A DNA stretch of 64,000 nt from Oikopleura dioica (lineage: Eukaryota; Animalia; Chordata): the NCBI GenBank assembly GCA_907165135.1, contig OU015568.1, positions 13,702,001 to 13,766,000 on the forward strand, given 5' to 3'. Under the pieces are notes generated by a model. It made no database searches. It worked only from the letters and a program-made list of their open reading frames with translations, and was not told where the DNA came from. Below, piece by piece: positions 39,151 to 51,301 of the stretch (its first letter is position 1; the number at the start of each line of letters is the position of its first letter). The position numbers and the translations under genes are program-made.

Positions 39151-40817
39151 ATGACAGATTTAATGTCGACGGTTTTCAACAGAAACAATTTTATAACTTT
39201 TATCTCGCTTTTATGTATAGTCATGTTTGTGATGCTGCAGAGAATTGAAAATCAATTACGAAGAGGAGAAGATGTGGATAAATATATCATCAAGGACTTT
39301 GAGGTAAATAAGGGATGATTAAGAAAGCATAAGTTCTCAATTTCGTGCAGGAAACCTAATTTAACGGAGCGCTGTTTAAATTAATTGAGAAGGTCAACTT
39401 GAAAACGAGCTTTTAGGATACCATAAAGAGACAAAATAGGCTAAAATCTTGAAGGGAAACTTGTGTCTTCTGAAGAAATCTTTCAAAAATAAAGAAAAAA
39501 TTTTTCTCTATTTATAAAGCCGAGTCATTTTCAGAATACTATTCACATGAAACCTCCGGATGTCCGAGGCCAAAATGCTCTTCCCGGGCTCGCGCGACGT
39601 TTTCCAAAAGTGATCATCACCGGGATGCAAAAATGCGGAACTGGAGCATTAAAAGACGCGATGACCCGTTCTCCATATTTGGCCTGGTCTGCGCACGGAG
39701 AGTCACACTTCTTCGATCGACAGCAAAACTACAACCAGGGCTATCAATTCTACCTCGATCTGCAGCCAGAAGTCGGGCCCGAAGTCACCGTTTTCGACAA
39801 GACGCCTTCACTCTTGACGGATTCTACAATTCCTCCTCGCGTTTACGCCTACAATCCAAATGTCAAAATCATCGTGATTCTTTGCGAGCCAGCCCATCGA
39901 ACACTTTCGCATTATCTTCATGCGAAAGCGATGATGAAAAGTCAAGAGGAAGAAAATCACAATCGTCACTTCAACCACGACAGGTAAGCAAAAACGACAG
40001 ATATCTATTTTAGCGATTTTCAATTTTCGACCAAAAAGATATGATTTAAAAAAAAATAAATAATTTTTATGATTTTGCTATAATAGAAATGCCATCTTCA
40101 GAATGCACTTGATGAATTCCGACAGCTTTGAAGAGGTGATCGACTCTGCAATCAGCGAAATATTCGAAAACGAAGAATTCGTCAGATCAGCCGTTTTCGA
40201 TATGAAAAACGAATTCCGAGCTCACCAAGCTACGCGTGCTGCGTTTTACAGGTAGATCAACCCAAGAACCTCCTGAATCTACTCGCTTTTATTTTTTTAG
40301 ATATGTGGCAAATCCAGCGAATTTCGAGCGAATTCAGTCAATTCCTATCCAGCTTGTCCAACGCGGCTTATACGGATATTATCTCAACCAGTGGTACAAT
40401 CTGTTTCCCAAAGAGAACATTCTGGTGATCTCTTCAACTGACATGAGCCAAAGACCCGCGAAAACAATTCAAGCTGTCCAAGAGTTCGTCGGTGTTCCGC
40501 AAACCATCGACGCGAGCAATTTCTACTGGAACAATGGTAAGACACAATTCTTTTTTCTCTCTATTCAATATATATTCAAGAGACGCAGCACTTTTGCGTG
40601 ATGGGGCCAGAAGAAACGGAGCCGCATTGCTCTCGCCCCAGCAAGCACAGATCCGGAAACTTTGAAATAAATCCAAGGACGAAAATCTTGCTCAACAGAC
40701 TTTACCAATCAGGTATATAGTTTTGCATTTCTTACATTTTCAACCCTTTTTTCAGTGTATCAAGACCTAGTAGACCTCGTCGGCCGCGATTTATTCGCCG
40801 ATTGGGGCTACGAATAA
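39151..40817 (+). CDS. Heparan sulfate 3-O-sulfotransferase-like type II membrane protein
   Basis: N-terminal TM; RRFPKVIITGMQKCGTGAL (5'-PSB), ESHFFDR, DKTP, IIVILCEPAHRTLSHY (3'-PB), RGLYGYYL..W..LFP, CVMGPEETE and GRDLFADWGYE*. Confidence 0.8.
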
Positions 40818-41636
40818 CAAAAAAAAAGAAAAAAATGATGAAACTCAAAAGTGTAAAAATCTCCACCACAGCCATCGTTCACAAAAGACACAAACCTTCT
40901 TCAAAGTTTGACTCAACCTAAAAAAATATTACGAATAAAAAAACTTTACTCATTCAATAAAGAACTGTACAAAGCCTTTCTGTCGTAGTCAAAATATATT
41001 TATCAATCTTTTCCACAAATTTTAATTGAAATAAATGTCCAACAAGAAATTGCGTAAAATTGGAGTATGAATAAAAAATCTAAGCCATATGGGAACGAGT
41101 CCCTTTGGGATACATTTGTGACATCGCTAATCTACTCGCTGTCGCACGATTGCCTTCTGGATTAAACAATGTGTCACTGAGGAGATAATGTTCACGGGTA
41201 TTTTTTGAGACGAGAGAATAAAGAAAAGTGCACATTCTTTACCGAAAAGGTAGGATCTGTTGATTCTATGAAGGATAAAGTATCGCCAGCCTATATTTTT
41301 CCATTTTAAAATTGAAGTTGAAATTAGTGACGATTCATTTTCGTCTATTAGAAAAATCCGTTCATTTTCAATTTTTTGTAGCATAGACAGTATCGCATAG
41401 AGTGAATATAAAAATAAGATCGCCACGTGCAAGAAAAAGAAGAGCCCTCTCGCTCGCCACTTGCAGAAGGTGCCTAACCATCACCTGTACGGATAGTGAT
41501 CAGCACTTGATCAAAAATAAATGAGGACTGTGCTCTCCACGAAATAATTCATTTCCTTCAACTTCTTCCCTCGCGCCGATCTCCACGGGTTCTTTTGATC
41601 GACTCGGGTCTTTCAGCTAATCGCTCGAATTCTTTT

Positions 41637-42075
41637 ATGGAGAGAAACGCCAAGCTAGGAAATCAGAAGGCCACGATCAAATACTTGAAGAATTTGATTC
41701 AAGAAGAGCACGTGAGAATAATTGTTGAAGAACGGCTGTGAAAACAAATTTAGAATACTGTTAAATGCATCGCATCTATACTTGAAGACTTGAACACAAA
41801 ACTGGGATCTAAGCTGATGGAAACAACAGGGACAGAGACAGAAGTCGATTTGGTCATTGAAGATTGCATTACTCAGGTACCTTTTTTCTTCACTATATAC
41901 AGAGTCTTTCCTGAATAAACGAATAATATAAGGCCAACTTGATTTTAAGGAGCGTGAACTTCAATTTGCCAAGAGGCGATATCAATTTCTTCAAATGTTC
42001 GCCAAAACCATCGAAGATGGGAATCAAGAAGCACTTACTTCATGTTCTCCTTTGTCTTCCAACAAATCTGTGTGA
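41637..42075 (+). CDS. Small unidentified helical protein (3 exons; 5' end uncertain)
   Basis: GT-AG joined exons give MERNAKLGNQKATIKYLKNLIQEEH|NTVKCIASILEDLN..IEDCITQ|ERELQFAKRRYQFLQMFAK..SV*. Confidence 0.45.
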
Positions 42076-42284
42076 CGATTAAATGAACTTATCGACCGAG
42101 AAGTAGACATTGAAAATGGGCTTGATATTTATTGCATATTTAACTGTCTTTGGCATGGATTTTATAATCATCTCCGAGAATGTCGAATAGACATCGACAT
42201 TAATAATATCGTATTATTGGTACAGGTCGACATCTAGTCATCATTCAAGATTCTCGGTAAATGGAATTACAGTCAGGTCTTTTT

Positions 42285-43534
42285 TTAATAATTGTTGTAC
42301 TGTGGCTGATAGCCAGCACCAGCTCGGAGTTGTTTGATGAAAATGCAGGAGAAGATAATTCCGAAGATCTGAAAAGAATTCTTTAACTATCGATAATTTT
42401 TGACAGGTGCTGTCAGTCGCAGGGAGAATCGAGCGCTTACCTGAATGACACCCATGGTCACTCCTGTGCCAATAATCAATCCTGCATTGTCTTGAACAGA
42501 TTCTTGGAAGATTACTTTGCATCCTTTTTCGTGTTTTTCTTCGACCATATCTTTGCTGCAGAGTTTTTCCGCGTTTTCTTCATCGTGTTTGTCTAGTCCG
42601 CAGCAAGAAAGGGGGAAATGCTTCTCAGGATCGCCCTTTGATTTGCTCTAGAAACACTATTATTCCCTAGAATGCCCTCTAACAACCACTTACCCATTCA
42701 GACTTTTCCCAATCGTTGAGGTCGGTGTTGCCACAGCATTTGAACATGATTTGAATCGTGTCTACGGAAATTAAAGCATTTAATTAGATTTAAGACTTTT
42801 ATTGCCAATCAATGCGCCAGGAAAACAAAATTTACAGCTCATAAAGCTACAGTTAATTTTCCTGAATTACAGGAGCTCCTTCTTACCGATCATGTTGGAT
42901 TCTTTAAAGTCAGTGTCGTTGTAGTCAACGATTAATTGGTCGAATGCATCGGAAATTTTTTGGTCCGCGTTTTCGTCGAGTTTTCGCCAGCTGGCAATTC
43001 CACCCGCTGCGGAGAATTCAGTTATGCAAGCGATGAAAAGTAAAACAGCAAAAGTTCCAATTAAACAGGGACCTTCTTTCGTTGCTCCCAAGCAGCCGAA
43101 AATCGTGATAATGACAATGATCACTCCTGAGAGCATCAGTAACGTCGGCGCAGATGAAAATGCTGATGCGACGCTGGCGAGTGTTCTATCCGACTAGAAT
43201 TCATTTGTAAGGTAATTGGTAAAAGATTCAATTTTTTAGCTTAGACGGAAAAGTCTGCACGAAAATCCAATTGATGATCTCTTCAAAACAAGGCTTATCG
43301 GAAAAACGCCAATTAGCAACAATTAATGAACCCGATTTTCCTTCAATTCGTAATGTCAGTTGAAGACGCAATTGTCTTTACCTGGTGATTTGCCACAAAA
43401 TGCATCGGAATGCTGAATTTAACACTGACAGCGACGCCCGTGCAGATCATGGCAATGCCGCTTATCAGCAAAACCAAATTGAAAAGCAGCAACAAGTATT
43501 TGATTATTTTTCCACATGCACTTAGCTCTGACAT
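42285..43534 (-). CDS. Tetraspanin (CD63/CD151-like)
   Basis: CGKIIKYLLLLFNLVLLISG, FGCLGATKEGPCL, IQIMFKCCG, PLSCC, four TMs and the tail AGYQPQYNNY*. Confidence 0.9.
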
Positions 43535-43699
43535 TTTTCTCTATAAATTGACCTCCTTCTGAAAATTAGGTTCTCAGGCAAAACGAAACCACGAATGATT
43601 GGGTTCTGTGTTTTCCTCTCTTTTCTACGGCCGCGGGGCAAATTTCCCTTCTATTTTTTTCTTGTCAAAATATCGAATCTTTTATCAGAAGGCATTTCA

Positions 43700-44972
43700 T
43701 TTGACGACATATGATATATCGTGTCTTTTTTTTTTATTTCCAAAAATACTTCAGTCTTATCAGAAGAAACGAAGTTATGGTATCACTCTTGCATGTAGAA
43801 GAACGAGTAGTAGTCGTCGAATTTGTATGCTTCTAACAAAGGGGAGGAGCATTTATATTTATCAAAAATAAAATCTAACTTCTTTGAAAATTTAGAAAGC
43901 GGGTGAGCAAATGTCTCAAACCCAAGCCTACAATATCATCGTCATAATATGCTGCTTGAATATCGTTAGAAATTCCTGAAAAGCTGCTTGAACTATCCTC
44001 GCCGCTACTCGATCCAAGACATTCTCCAATTTCCCAAGGAAAGAAATTGCCCACTACGAGAATCATAAATTCTATCGATAGTCGTTAAGCCTTACTCGTC
44101 TCCATATCTTCCTCAGCCTCGACCATTGCGTTTTCGTTGTCCATTCCTATCCGATCACAATCGCTGCCAACGTCTGCTGCGATGTCGTAATCTTCATCGC
44201 CGCCTCCGCCAACGCTTTCATTGTCGGAGGAATATCCGTCGCTTGCATCGTCGCCAGAAATACGAGTTGTTTATTTTTTACGATTTCTCAGACAGGGCTC
44301 AGTAAAGCTCAATTGAAGCATAACTTCAATCGACGAAGATAAGAAGGAGAAAAGTCTATTTTTACAACTCTGCCGAAAGTAACATCACAGTCGTCAATGT
44401 CATAATCATAGATCTCGCCGTTGCCCGCGCAGGAGTCATCGTACGCGATGCTCTCCGATCCCGATGCTTCAGTGATTTCAGAATCGGACGCTTTCATCGT
44501 CACTGCACCTAGTATCGCCGTCTGCTCGCGAAGAATATCGCCAAGAGACGCCAGTCTTGGTGACTTTTTCGGTCTATAAAATATTATATTTTTTCTGCAA
44601 TATTGATTTTCTTGACTTAAAAAGGCGATAGATTCCACTGTAAAATCGTCTTAGAGAGAGCTCTAGGTGGTCGAGAATCCGGAAGAATTTAGGCCGGGGC
44701 TCGACGAAGGTTATTCTGCGATGTCGCTCATTTTGAGTTCTGTAAATTATTGTTTTTTCCTTTGAAAGATGACTTCGAAAACGAAAATATTTATCATGCT
44801 CTTGATTCGTAAAATTTCGGAGATTAAACTCTTTCTTGTAGACTTTCTCTAGTTCAACCGCTGTCGGCGTATTCCAATGCTTCCTAAAGTACTTTTCATG
44901 GATTTTCAGAAAAAAGCTCTTCGTTGATTTGCACATAGAAAAAACCCGTCTCCTGTCTTGCGTCAAGTCCAT
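43700..44972 (-). CDS. Unidentified gene with basic N-half and acidic low-complexity C-half (3' end uncertain)
   Basis: ORFs 44574-44972 and 44309-44638, plus an acidic exon ~44080-44265 (SGDDASDGYSSDNES..). Confidence 0.4.
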
Positions 44973-45241
44973 TCCGAAAATATTTCATCGAGAGAAAAAA
45001 AGTTATAACTGCAAATCAAGGGTAGCAACTTTCTTATGCACGCGGGCCCGATAACTGCTTGATTTCTTATTAGAAATAAATAATTATCCTTTCATGCGCC
45101 AATTCCGCTTCAAGTACTCTGATTCAAAATCAAAGGAGCGTTTTCAATACAGTCGCATTATTAATGCAGCATTTTTGGTTTACTTTATTTATTTTGAACT
45201 GATAAGTTTTACAGTAAAGCGATAAAGAGATGATTTTTTGT

Positions 45242-47338
45242 TTACAACCAGTTGAATTGTTCGAATTGCGGATAACAGTTTTCCTTGTCTGCGCCTCTTT
45301 TTGTCGCTTCTTCTCGCGCATCAATATGTTTTAACCAGTCGGCAATGTACTGATCCAAGTATGAAATAAATTTCTTATTTTTTTCCTCGCCAAAGAGATT
45401 GTTCTCTTCTTCAGGATCCCATTCAGTATTGAAAAATTCTTCAGCGCCAGGGACGTATTTCATGTTTCCTTTTCGAATCCCAATGTACTTTCCCGGAGTG
45501 TACGCATGCGTCATGATAGGTTTCTTTTTGACTTCATAGCTTGCTTCGCCGGTTTCGAGGTACGAAACAAGACTGCGGCTGTCTGGCGCCTCGTTGCAGC
45601 CCAAGTCGTAGTCGATCAACTCGGCAAGAGTCGCGTAAATGTCGACTGTAGAAACTTGAACTTTCGGTTCGTAAATAGTTCTATTCGCGGGTTCATAATT
45701 GCTCAGTTCTATCTTACAATTCATAAATCACTTATTGAACCCTATGCTTGGCTCGAACTTTCGAGGATAACGCCATAAAAATGGAGTTCTGTGACTAGCC
45801 TCTCCCATTTCATTTTTGAATCCCTTGAGTTTGGATCTTTACTAATTCGATTAGGGCTGATTTACATAATCTTTATTCAACTTGAAATTGCATAATTAAT
45901 ATTAGACTAAAATTGCGTGGAAGATCCGAGTCCTGAAGTTCTACAGTTCTTTCCGGGCCAACGTTTGATTCTGGCAGATCAAGAAGCCACTGGTTATGGC
46001 CCCACTTTTTCAAAATTTGTTTCCCCGTTGTAGTTGGCCCATTATCACTCATGAAAATCACCAAAGTGTCATTGGCAATGTTGTGCTCTTCCAATTTGTC
46101 GAGAACTCGTCCGACGATTTCGTCCGCCTCCATGATCACTTCGCCGAAAAGGCCAACTTCCGTTTGATTTCGAAATCGAGCGGGCGTATTGAACGGTGCA
46201 TGGCCAGACTGGAGACCGTAATAGGCGAAAAATGGATCCTCGTGATTTTCGTCAATGAATGTTTCAAGTTTTCGGGTGGTTTCTTGCTCGACTTCGCGAC
46301 TGTCGAATGATTTTCCAGCGATGGTTTGCCGCGCCCACGTGAGATAGTAAACACCAAGTTGATGTGGATCGGTCATGTTTTCAACGTGACCGGCTGGGCC
46401 AAAGTAACCGGTGTAAGGGAAGGAATAACCGTTAGAGTTGAAGTTTTCGACTGGAGTATTTTCAGGATAAGGTTGTTGCTGGACCCAAGTTTCTGCCGGC
46501 TCTGTGCTTTTTCCGTTTTCAAAGAATAATCCAGGATTGCAGCAAAGACCGGGCTCGAAATAAGGTTATTTTATGATAATTTTTCAGCTTTGTAATCTTG
46601 ATAAAAATTGAATTCGATTTGCTTTAAATAAAAAACGCATTATCCTAAATTAATTTTATCAAAAAAAAAAACAACCGGGCCTGAGTAAAAGAGTAATCAT
46701 AGTCCAAAAGTTGTGGTGGCTTCGTCTGTATGTAATTTCCGAATTCCTGGAAAACGTTGTGTGTGTTTGGGAATCTACCGACTTCCTTTCTGTACTTGTG
46801 AGCTTCTTGGTTGCGCTTCCGAAATATTTCAAAGTGTTCTTGTGTGAAATTTTCGATGTTTATTCCATTTGGCAAGGGCTGCTGTTTTCCGAAGAGTCCC
46901 GTCTTGTATCCAGATTTTTTGAACATTTCTGCTAAATGCGGCTCGCCTGATTAAAGGATTCAAAAACTATTGTCAGAAATAATTTTTTTGTTATAAATCT
47001 CATCAAGATTTTTACGATAAAAAATTAGACTCATTTATTTTTTTTATTTTTTGAAGCCTGCCTTCGTTGATTATTCTCGCCTCTTTATCCTCCATCGAGT
47101 ATCGTCCTGTCATGAGCATATACCTGCTTGGGGAGCATCGACTTGAAGCCGAAGTAGCGCCCAGAAAGTTTACTCCTTCATGACCGATTCTGTCAATATT
47201 CGGCGTTGGAACTTTCGCTTCTCTATTGTAGATGGTAAAGTCTCCGACTCCGAAATCATCCGTTATGAGCAAAATAACATTCGGCTTTCTGGCTTCTATT
47301 CCGAGAGAAAAAAGTGCAAAATTTGAAAAGAGCTTCAT
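45242..47338 (-). CDS. Secreted arylsulfatase (formylglycine-dependent S1 family)
   Basis: Signal peptide; KPNVILLITDDFG, PTPNIDR, CSPSRYMLMTGR (CxPxR), GYKTGLFGK, GHAPF and TLVIFMSDNGP. At least 5 exons. Confidence 0.9.
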
Positions 47339-47793
47339 TTTTTGAGAATAAAAAAAGGTTGAGTTTTTACTTTATTTGTCCCAATTATGGCGCTGAGGAG
47401 CAAACCAACGTGAGTACGAATTATGGTCGACAACATACGGAACTCATTATCAAGAGAACATGACAAGTAAACAAGATCAATTAACGATCAACGTACGCGA
47501 TCAAGAGTACTTTAAAGTTTAAACAAAGCCTATTTTGAATGTCATATTCCCAAAGAAATTTTTCTCGAGTTATTCATTTATCTTTTTTATTTGCTCAAAC
47601 ATTTATAACACACTGTTATTCACAGTGATCACCTAACATCTTTTACATATTTTCTTTCCCGCTCAGCAACAGAATTTTCTCCTGCGAAAAGCTTCTTTCT
47701 TAGCTTTAATTTTTTCAATTTGTTTGCGACGAGGCTGAGCCAGTCCAGTTCAAGCTCATCTTCTCTGACGCTTTGATTCGTGTCGCAGATTAT

Positions 47794-50700
47794 GACGATT
47801 TCAAATAACTCGTTCAAAAATTTTTTCTAACAACCCCTTTTTTTGTGCTTATTTGAAAGAGCGTGAAAAACTGGTCCAGAAAATGCTGGTCTTATCATCG
47901 GTGACGTCACGAGTGGCGCGCGGGCGCCCCCTAAAGGTCTAATTAGGTTCATTGCGGGCTACGCGATTTCTCCGGTCATGCATATCGCACATGCATGGTT
48001 AGCATCTAGAATTGATCGTCGTGAGCAGGGCTACATGTCCCGGCCAAAATCGTCAAAATCGGACCACGTCTTCACCAGCTGGTTGACCGGCAAATATCTC
48101 AAAATGACAAAATCACTTACTTTTGATAAAGGCAACCTACCGATGGAAGTAGGGGGTTGCCCTGGACTCGAGCCCGAATTACTGCCGTATTCGGCAACTA
48201 AGTGCCGGAGGACCTCCCGGAGGACTCTTCTGCTGGAAGAAAAGCTGCTGGAAGACTAATATTAAAAATATAAATACAAATAAAATTTAAAGCCATGATT
48301 GGATAGTAATTGCCGTATTCAGCCACTTAGTACCGGAGGACCTCCCGGAGGACCCCTCTGCTGGAAGAAAAGCTGCTGGAAGACCAATTTTTAAAAATAA
48401 AAATACAAATATAAAGCCTGGATTGGCTTAATATTGTCTAATAAGCCGCATTGAGCCACTTTTTGCCGGATGACCTCCCGGAAGACCCGCCTACTGAAAA
48501 ACCGACTGCTGGTAAGCCAATATTTAAAAAAAATTAATAAAAAGCCTTGCCACATCTGGCAAAACTCGATCACTTTAGTTCATACGCCAGTTCATACTTT
48601 TCAATCAGACTCAAAGCGAAAACGACCCGAAGGGGAGGCCACGCCCGTTCATCCTTTACAATCAGAGTCAGGGCGAAGCCGACCCGAAGGGAAGGCCACG
48701 CCCGTTCATTCTTTTCAATCAGAGTCAGGGCGAAGCCGACCCGAAGAAATGGCAACGTCTAATCATTTTATTCACTAAGAGTCAATGCGAATAAGATTGA
48801 AGAAATCTTCTCTGGTTTGCTTTCAGATTTTTGTAAATGAATGAAAATGAACGGGCGTCTGGCACTTAGTGCCTGAATACTGCAATAACTAGCCAATTAT
48901 GGCTTTAAATTTTATTTGTATATATATTTTTAATAGTAGTCTTCCATCAGCTTTTCTTCCACCAGAGGAGTCCTCGGGTCGGCTTCGCCCTTTTTCTGAT
49001 TAAAAAGAATGAACGGGATTGGCCTCCCCTTCGGGTCGGCCTCGCCCTTACTTTGATTTAAAAGAATGAACGGGCGAAGCCGACCCGAAGATTACCAGAG
49101 ACCTTACTCTGATTGAAAAGAATGAACGGGATTGGCGTCCCCTTCGGATCGGCTTCGCCCTTACTCTGATTTAAAAGAATGAACGGGCGTTGCCTCCCCT
49201 TCGGGTCGGCTTCGCCCTTACTCTGATTGAAAAGAATGAACGGGCGTTGCCTCCCCTTCGGGTCGGCTTCGCCCTTACTCTGATTGAAAAGAATGAACGG
49301 GCGTGGCCTCCCCTTCGGGTCGGCTTCGCCCTGACTCTAATTGAAAGGAATGAACGGGCGCGGCCCCCCTTCGGGTCGGCTTCGTATTTACTCTGATTGA
49401 AAAGAATGAACGGGATTGGCCTCCCCTTCGGGTCGGCTTCGCCCTTAATCTGATAAAAAGAATGAACAGGCGTGGCCTCCCCTTCGAGTCGGCTTCGCCC
49501 TGACTCTGATTGTAAAGGATGAACGGGCGTGGCCTTCCCTTCGGGTCGGCCTCGCCCTTACTTTGATTTAAAAGAATGAACGGGCGAAGCCGACCCGAAG
49601 ATTACCAGAGACCTTACTCTGATTGAAAAGAATGAACGGGATTGGCGTCCCCTTCGGATCGGCTTCGCCCTTACTCTGATTTAAAAGAATGAACGGGCGT
49701 TGCCTCCCCTTCGGGTCGGCTTCGCCCTTACTCTGATTGAAAAGAATGAACGGGCGTTGCCTCCCCTTCGGGTCGGCTTCGCCCTTACTCTGATTGAAAA
49801 GAATGAACGGGCGTGGCCTCCCCTTCGGGTCGGCTTCGCCCTGACTCTAATTGAAAGGAATGAACGGGCGCGGCCCCCCTTCGGGTCGGCTTCGTATTTA
49901 CTCTGATTGAAAAGAATGAACGGGATTGGCCTCCCCTTCGGGTCGGCTTCGCCCTTAATCTGATAAAAAGAATGAACAGGCGTGGCCTCCCCTTCGAGTC
50001 GGCTTCGCCCTGACTCTGATTGTAAAGGATGAACGGGCGTGGCCTTCCCTTCGGGTCGGCTTCGCCCTGACTCTGATTGTAAAGGATGAACGGGCGTGGC
50101 CTCCCCTTCGGGTCGGCTTCGCCCTGACTCTAATTGAAAGGAATGAACGGGCGCGGCCCCCCTTCGGGTCGACTTCGTATTTACTCTGATTGAAAAGAAT
50201 GAACGGGATTGGCCTCCCCTTCGGGTCGGCTTCGCCCTGACTCTGATTGAAAAGAATGAACGGGCGTGGCCTTCCCTTCGGGTCGGCTTCGCCCTGACTC
50301 TGATTGTAAAGGATGAACGGGCGTGGCCTCCCCTTCGGGTCGTTTTCGCTTTGAGTCTGATTGAAAAGTATGAACTGGCGTATGAACTAAAGTGATCGAG
50401 TTTTGCCAGATGTGGCAAGGCTTTTTATTAATTTTTTTTAAATATTGGCTTACCAGCAGTCGGTTTTTCAGTAGGCGGGTCCTCCAGGAGATCATCCGGC
50501 AAAGTGGCTAAATGCGGCTTATTAGACAATTTTTAGCCAATCCAGGCTTTATATTTGTATTTTTATTTTTAAAAATTGGTCTTTCAGCAGCTTTTCTTCC
50601 AGTAGAGGGGTCTTCCGGGTGGTTCTCCGGCACTAAGTGGCTGAATACGGCAATTACTATCCAATCATGGCTTTAAATTTTATTTGTATTTATATTTTTT

Positions 50701-51166
50701 AATATTAGTCTTCCAGCAGCTTTTCTTCCAGCAGAGGAGTCCTCCGGGAGGTCCTCCGGCACTAAGTGGCCGAATACGGCAGTAATTCGGGCTCGAGTCC
50801 AGGGCAACCCCTACTTCCATCGGTAGGTTGCCTTTATCAAAAGTAAGTGATTTTGTCATTTTGAGATATTTGCCGGTCAACCAGCTGGTGAAGACGTGGT
50901 CCGATTTTGACGATTTTGGCCGGGACATGTAGCCCTGCTCACGACGATCAATTCTAGATGCTAACCATGCATGTGCGATATGCATGACCGGAGAAATCGC
51001 GTAGCCCGCAATGAACCTAATTAGACCTTTAGGGGCGCCCGCGCGCCACTCGTGACGTCATCGATGATAAGACCAGCATTTTCTGGACCAGTTTTTCACG
51101 CTCTTTCAAATGAGCACAAAAAAGGGGTTGTTAGAAAAAATTTTTAACGAGTTATTTGAAATCGTC
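47794..51166. mobile_element. 3.4-kb foldback-type element with ~950-bp TIRs containing tandem subrepeats
   Basis: GACGATTTCAAATAACTCG.. (47794) mirrors ..CGAGTTATTTGAAATCGTC (51166); TAT on both flanks; ~130-bp and 57-bp repeats inside the arms; no transposase ORF. Confidence 0.8.
48960..50350. repeat. 57-bp minisatellite (~22-24 copies) including a 510-bp tandem duplication
   Basis: Unit GAATGAACGGGCGTGGCCTCCCCTTCGGGTCGGCTTCGCCCTGACTCTGATTGAAAA (e.g. 49744 to 49801); block 49041 repeats at 49551. Confidence 0.9.
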
Positions 51167-51301
51167 TATGGCGACAATAACATTCATAGTCAAGTACATC
51201 ATCGAAAGATTTAAGGCAAAATAGATCGACTGTGCCAGAAGCCGCCAATTTGGATCTGATAGTTGGTCAACCTCTATCCTCATATCTAGCCAGCATAAAG
51301 A

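Noticed and set aside
45242-47338. Bacterial contamination explaining the sulfatase
   Set aside because: The gene has spliceosomal introns and is contiguous with tunicate genes of the same composition.
48960-50350. CRISPR-like array
   Set aside because: The linkers between hairpins are near-identical rather than unique spacers, there are no cas genes, and the context is eukaryotic.
47978-50985. Mirror-image ORFs and 19-aa repeat ORFs (e.g. 49681-50418)
   Set aside because: They are by-products of the inverted repeat and the 57-bp period, with no domain, splice structure or transposase motif.
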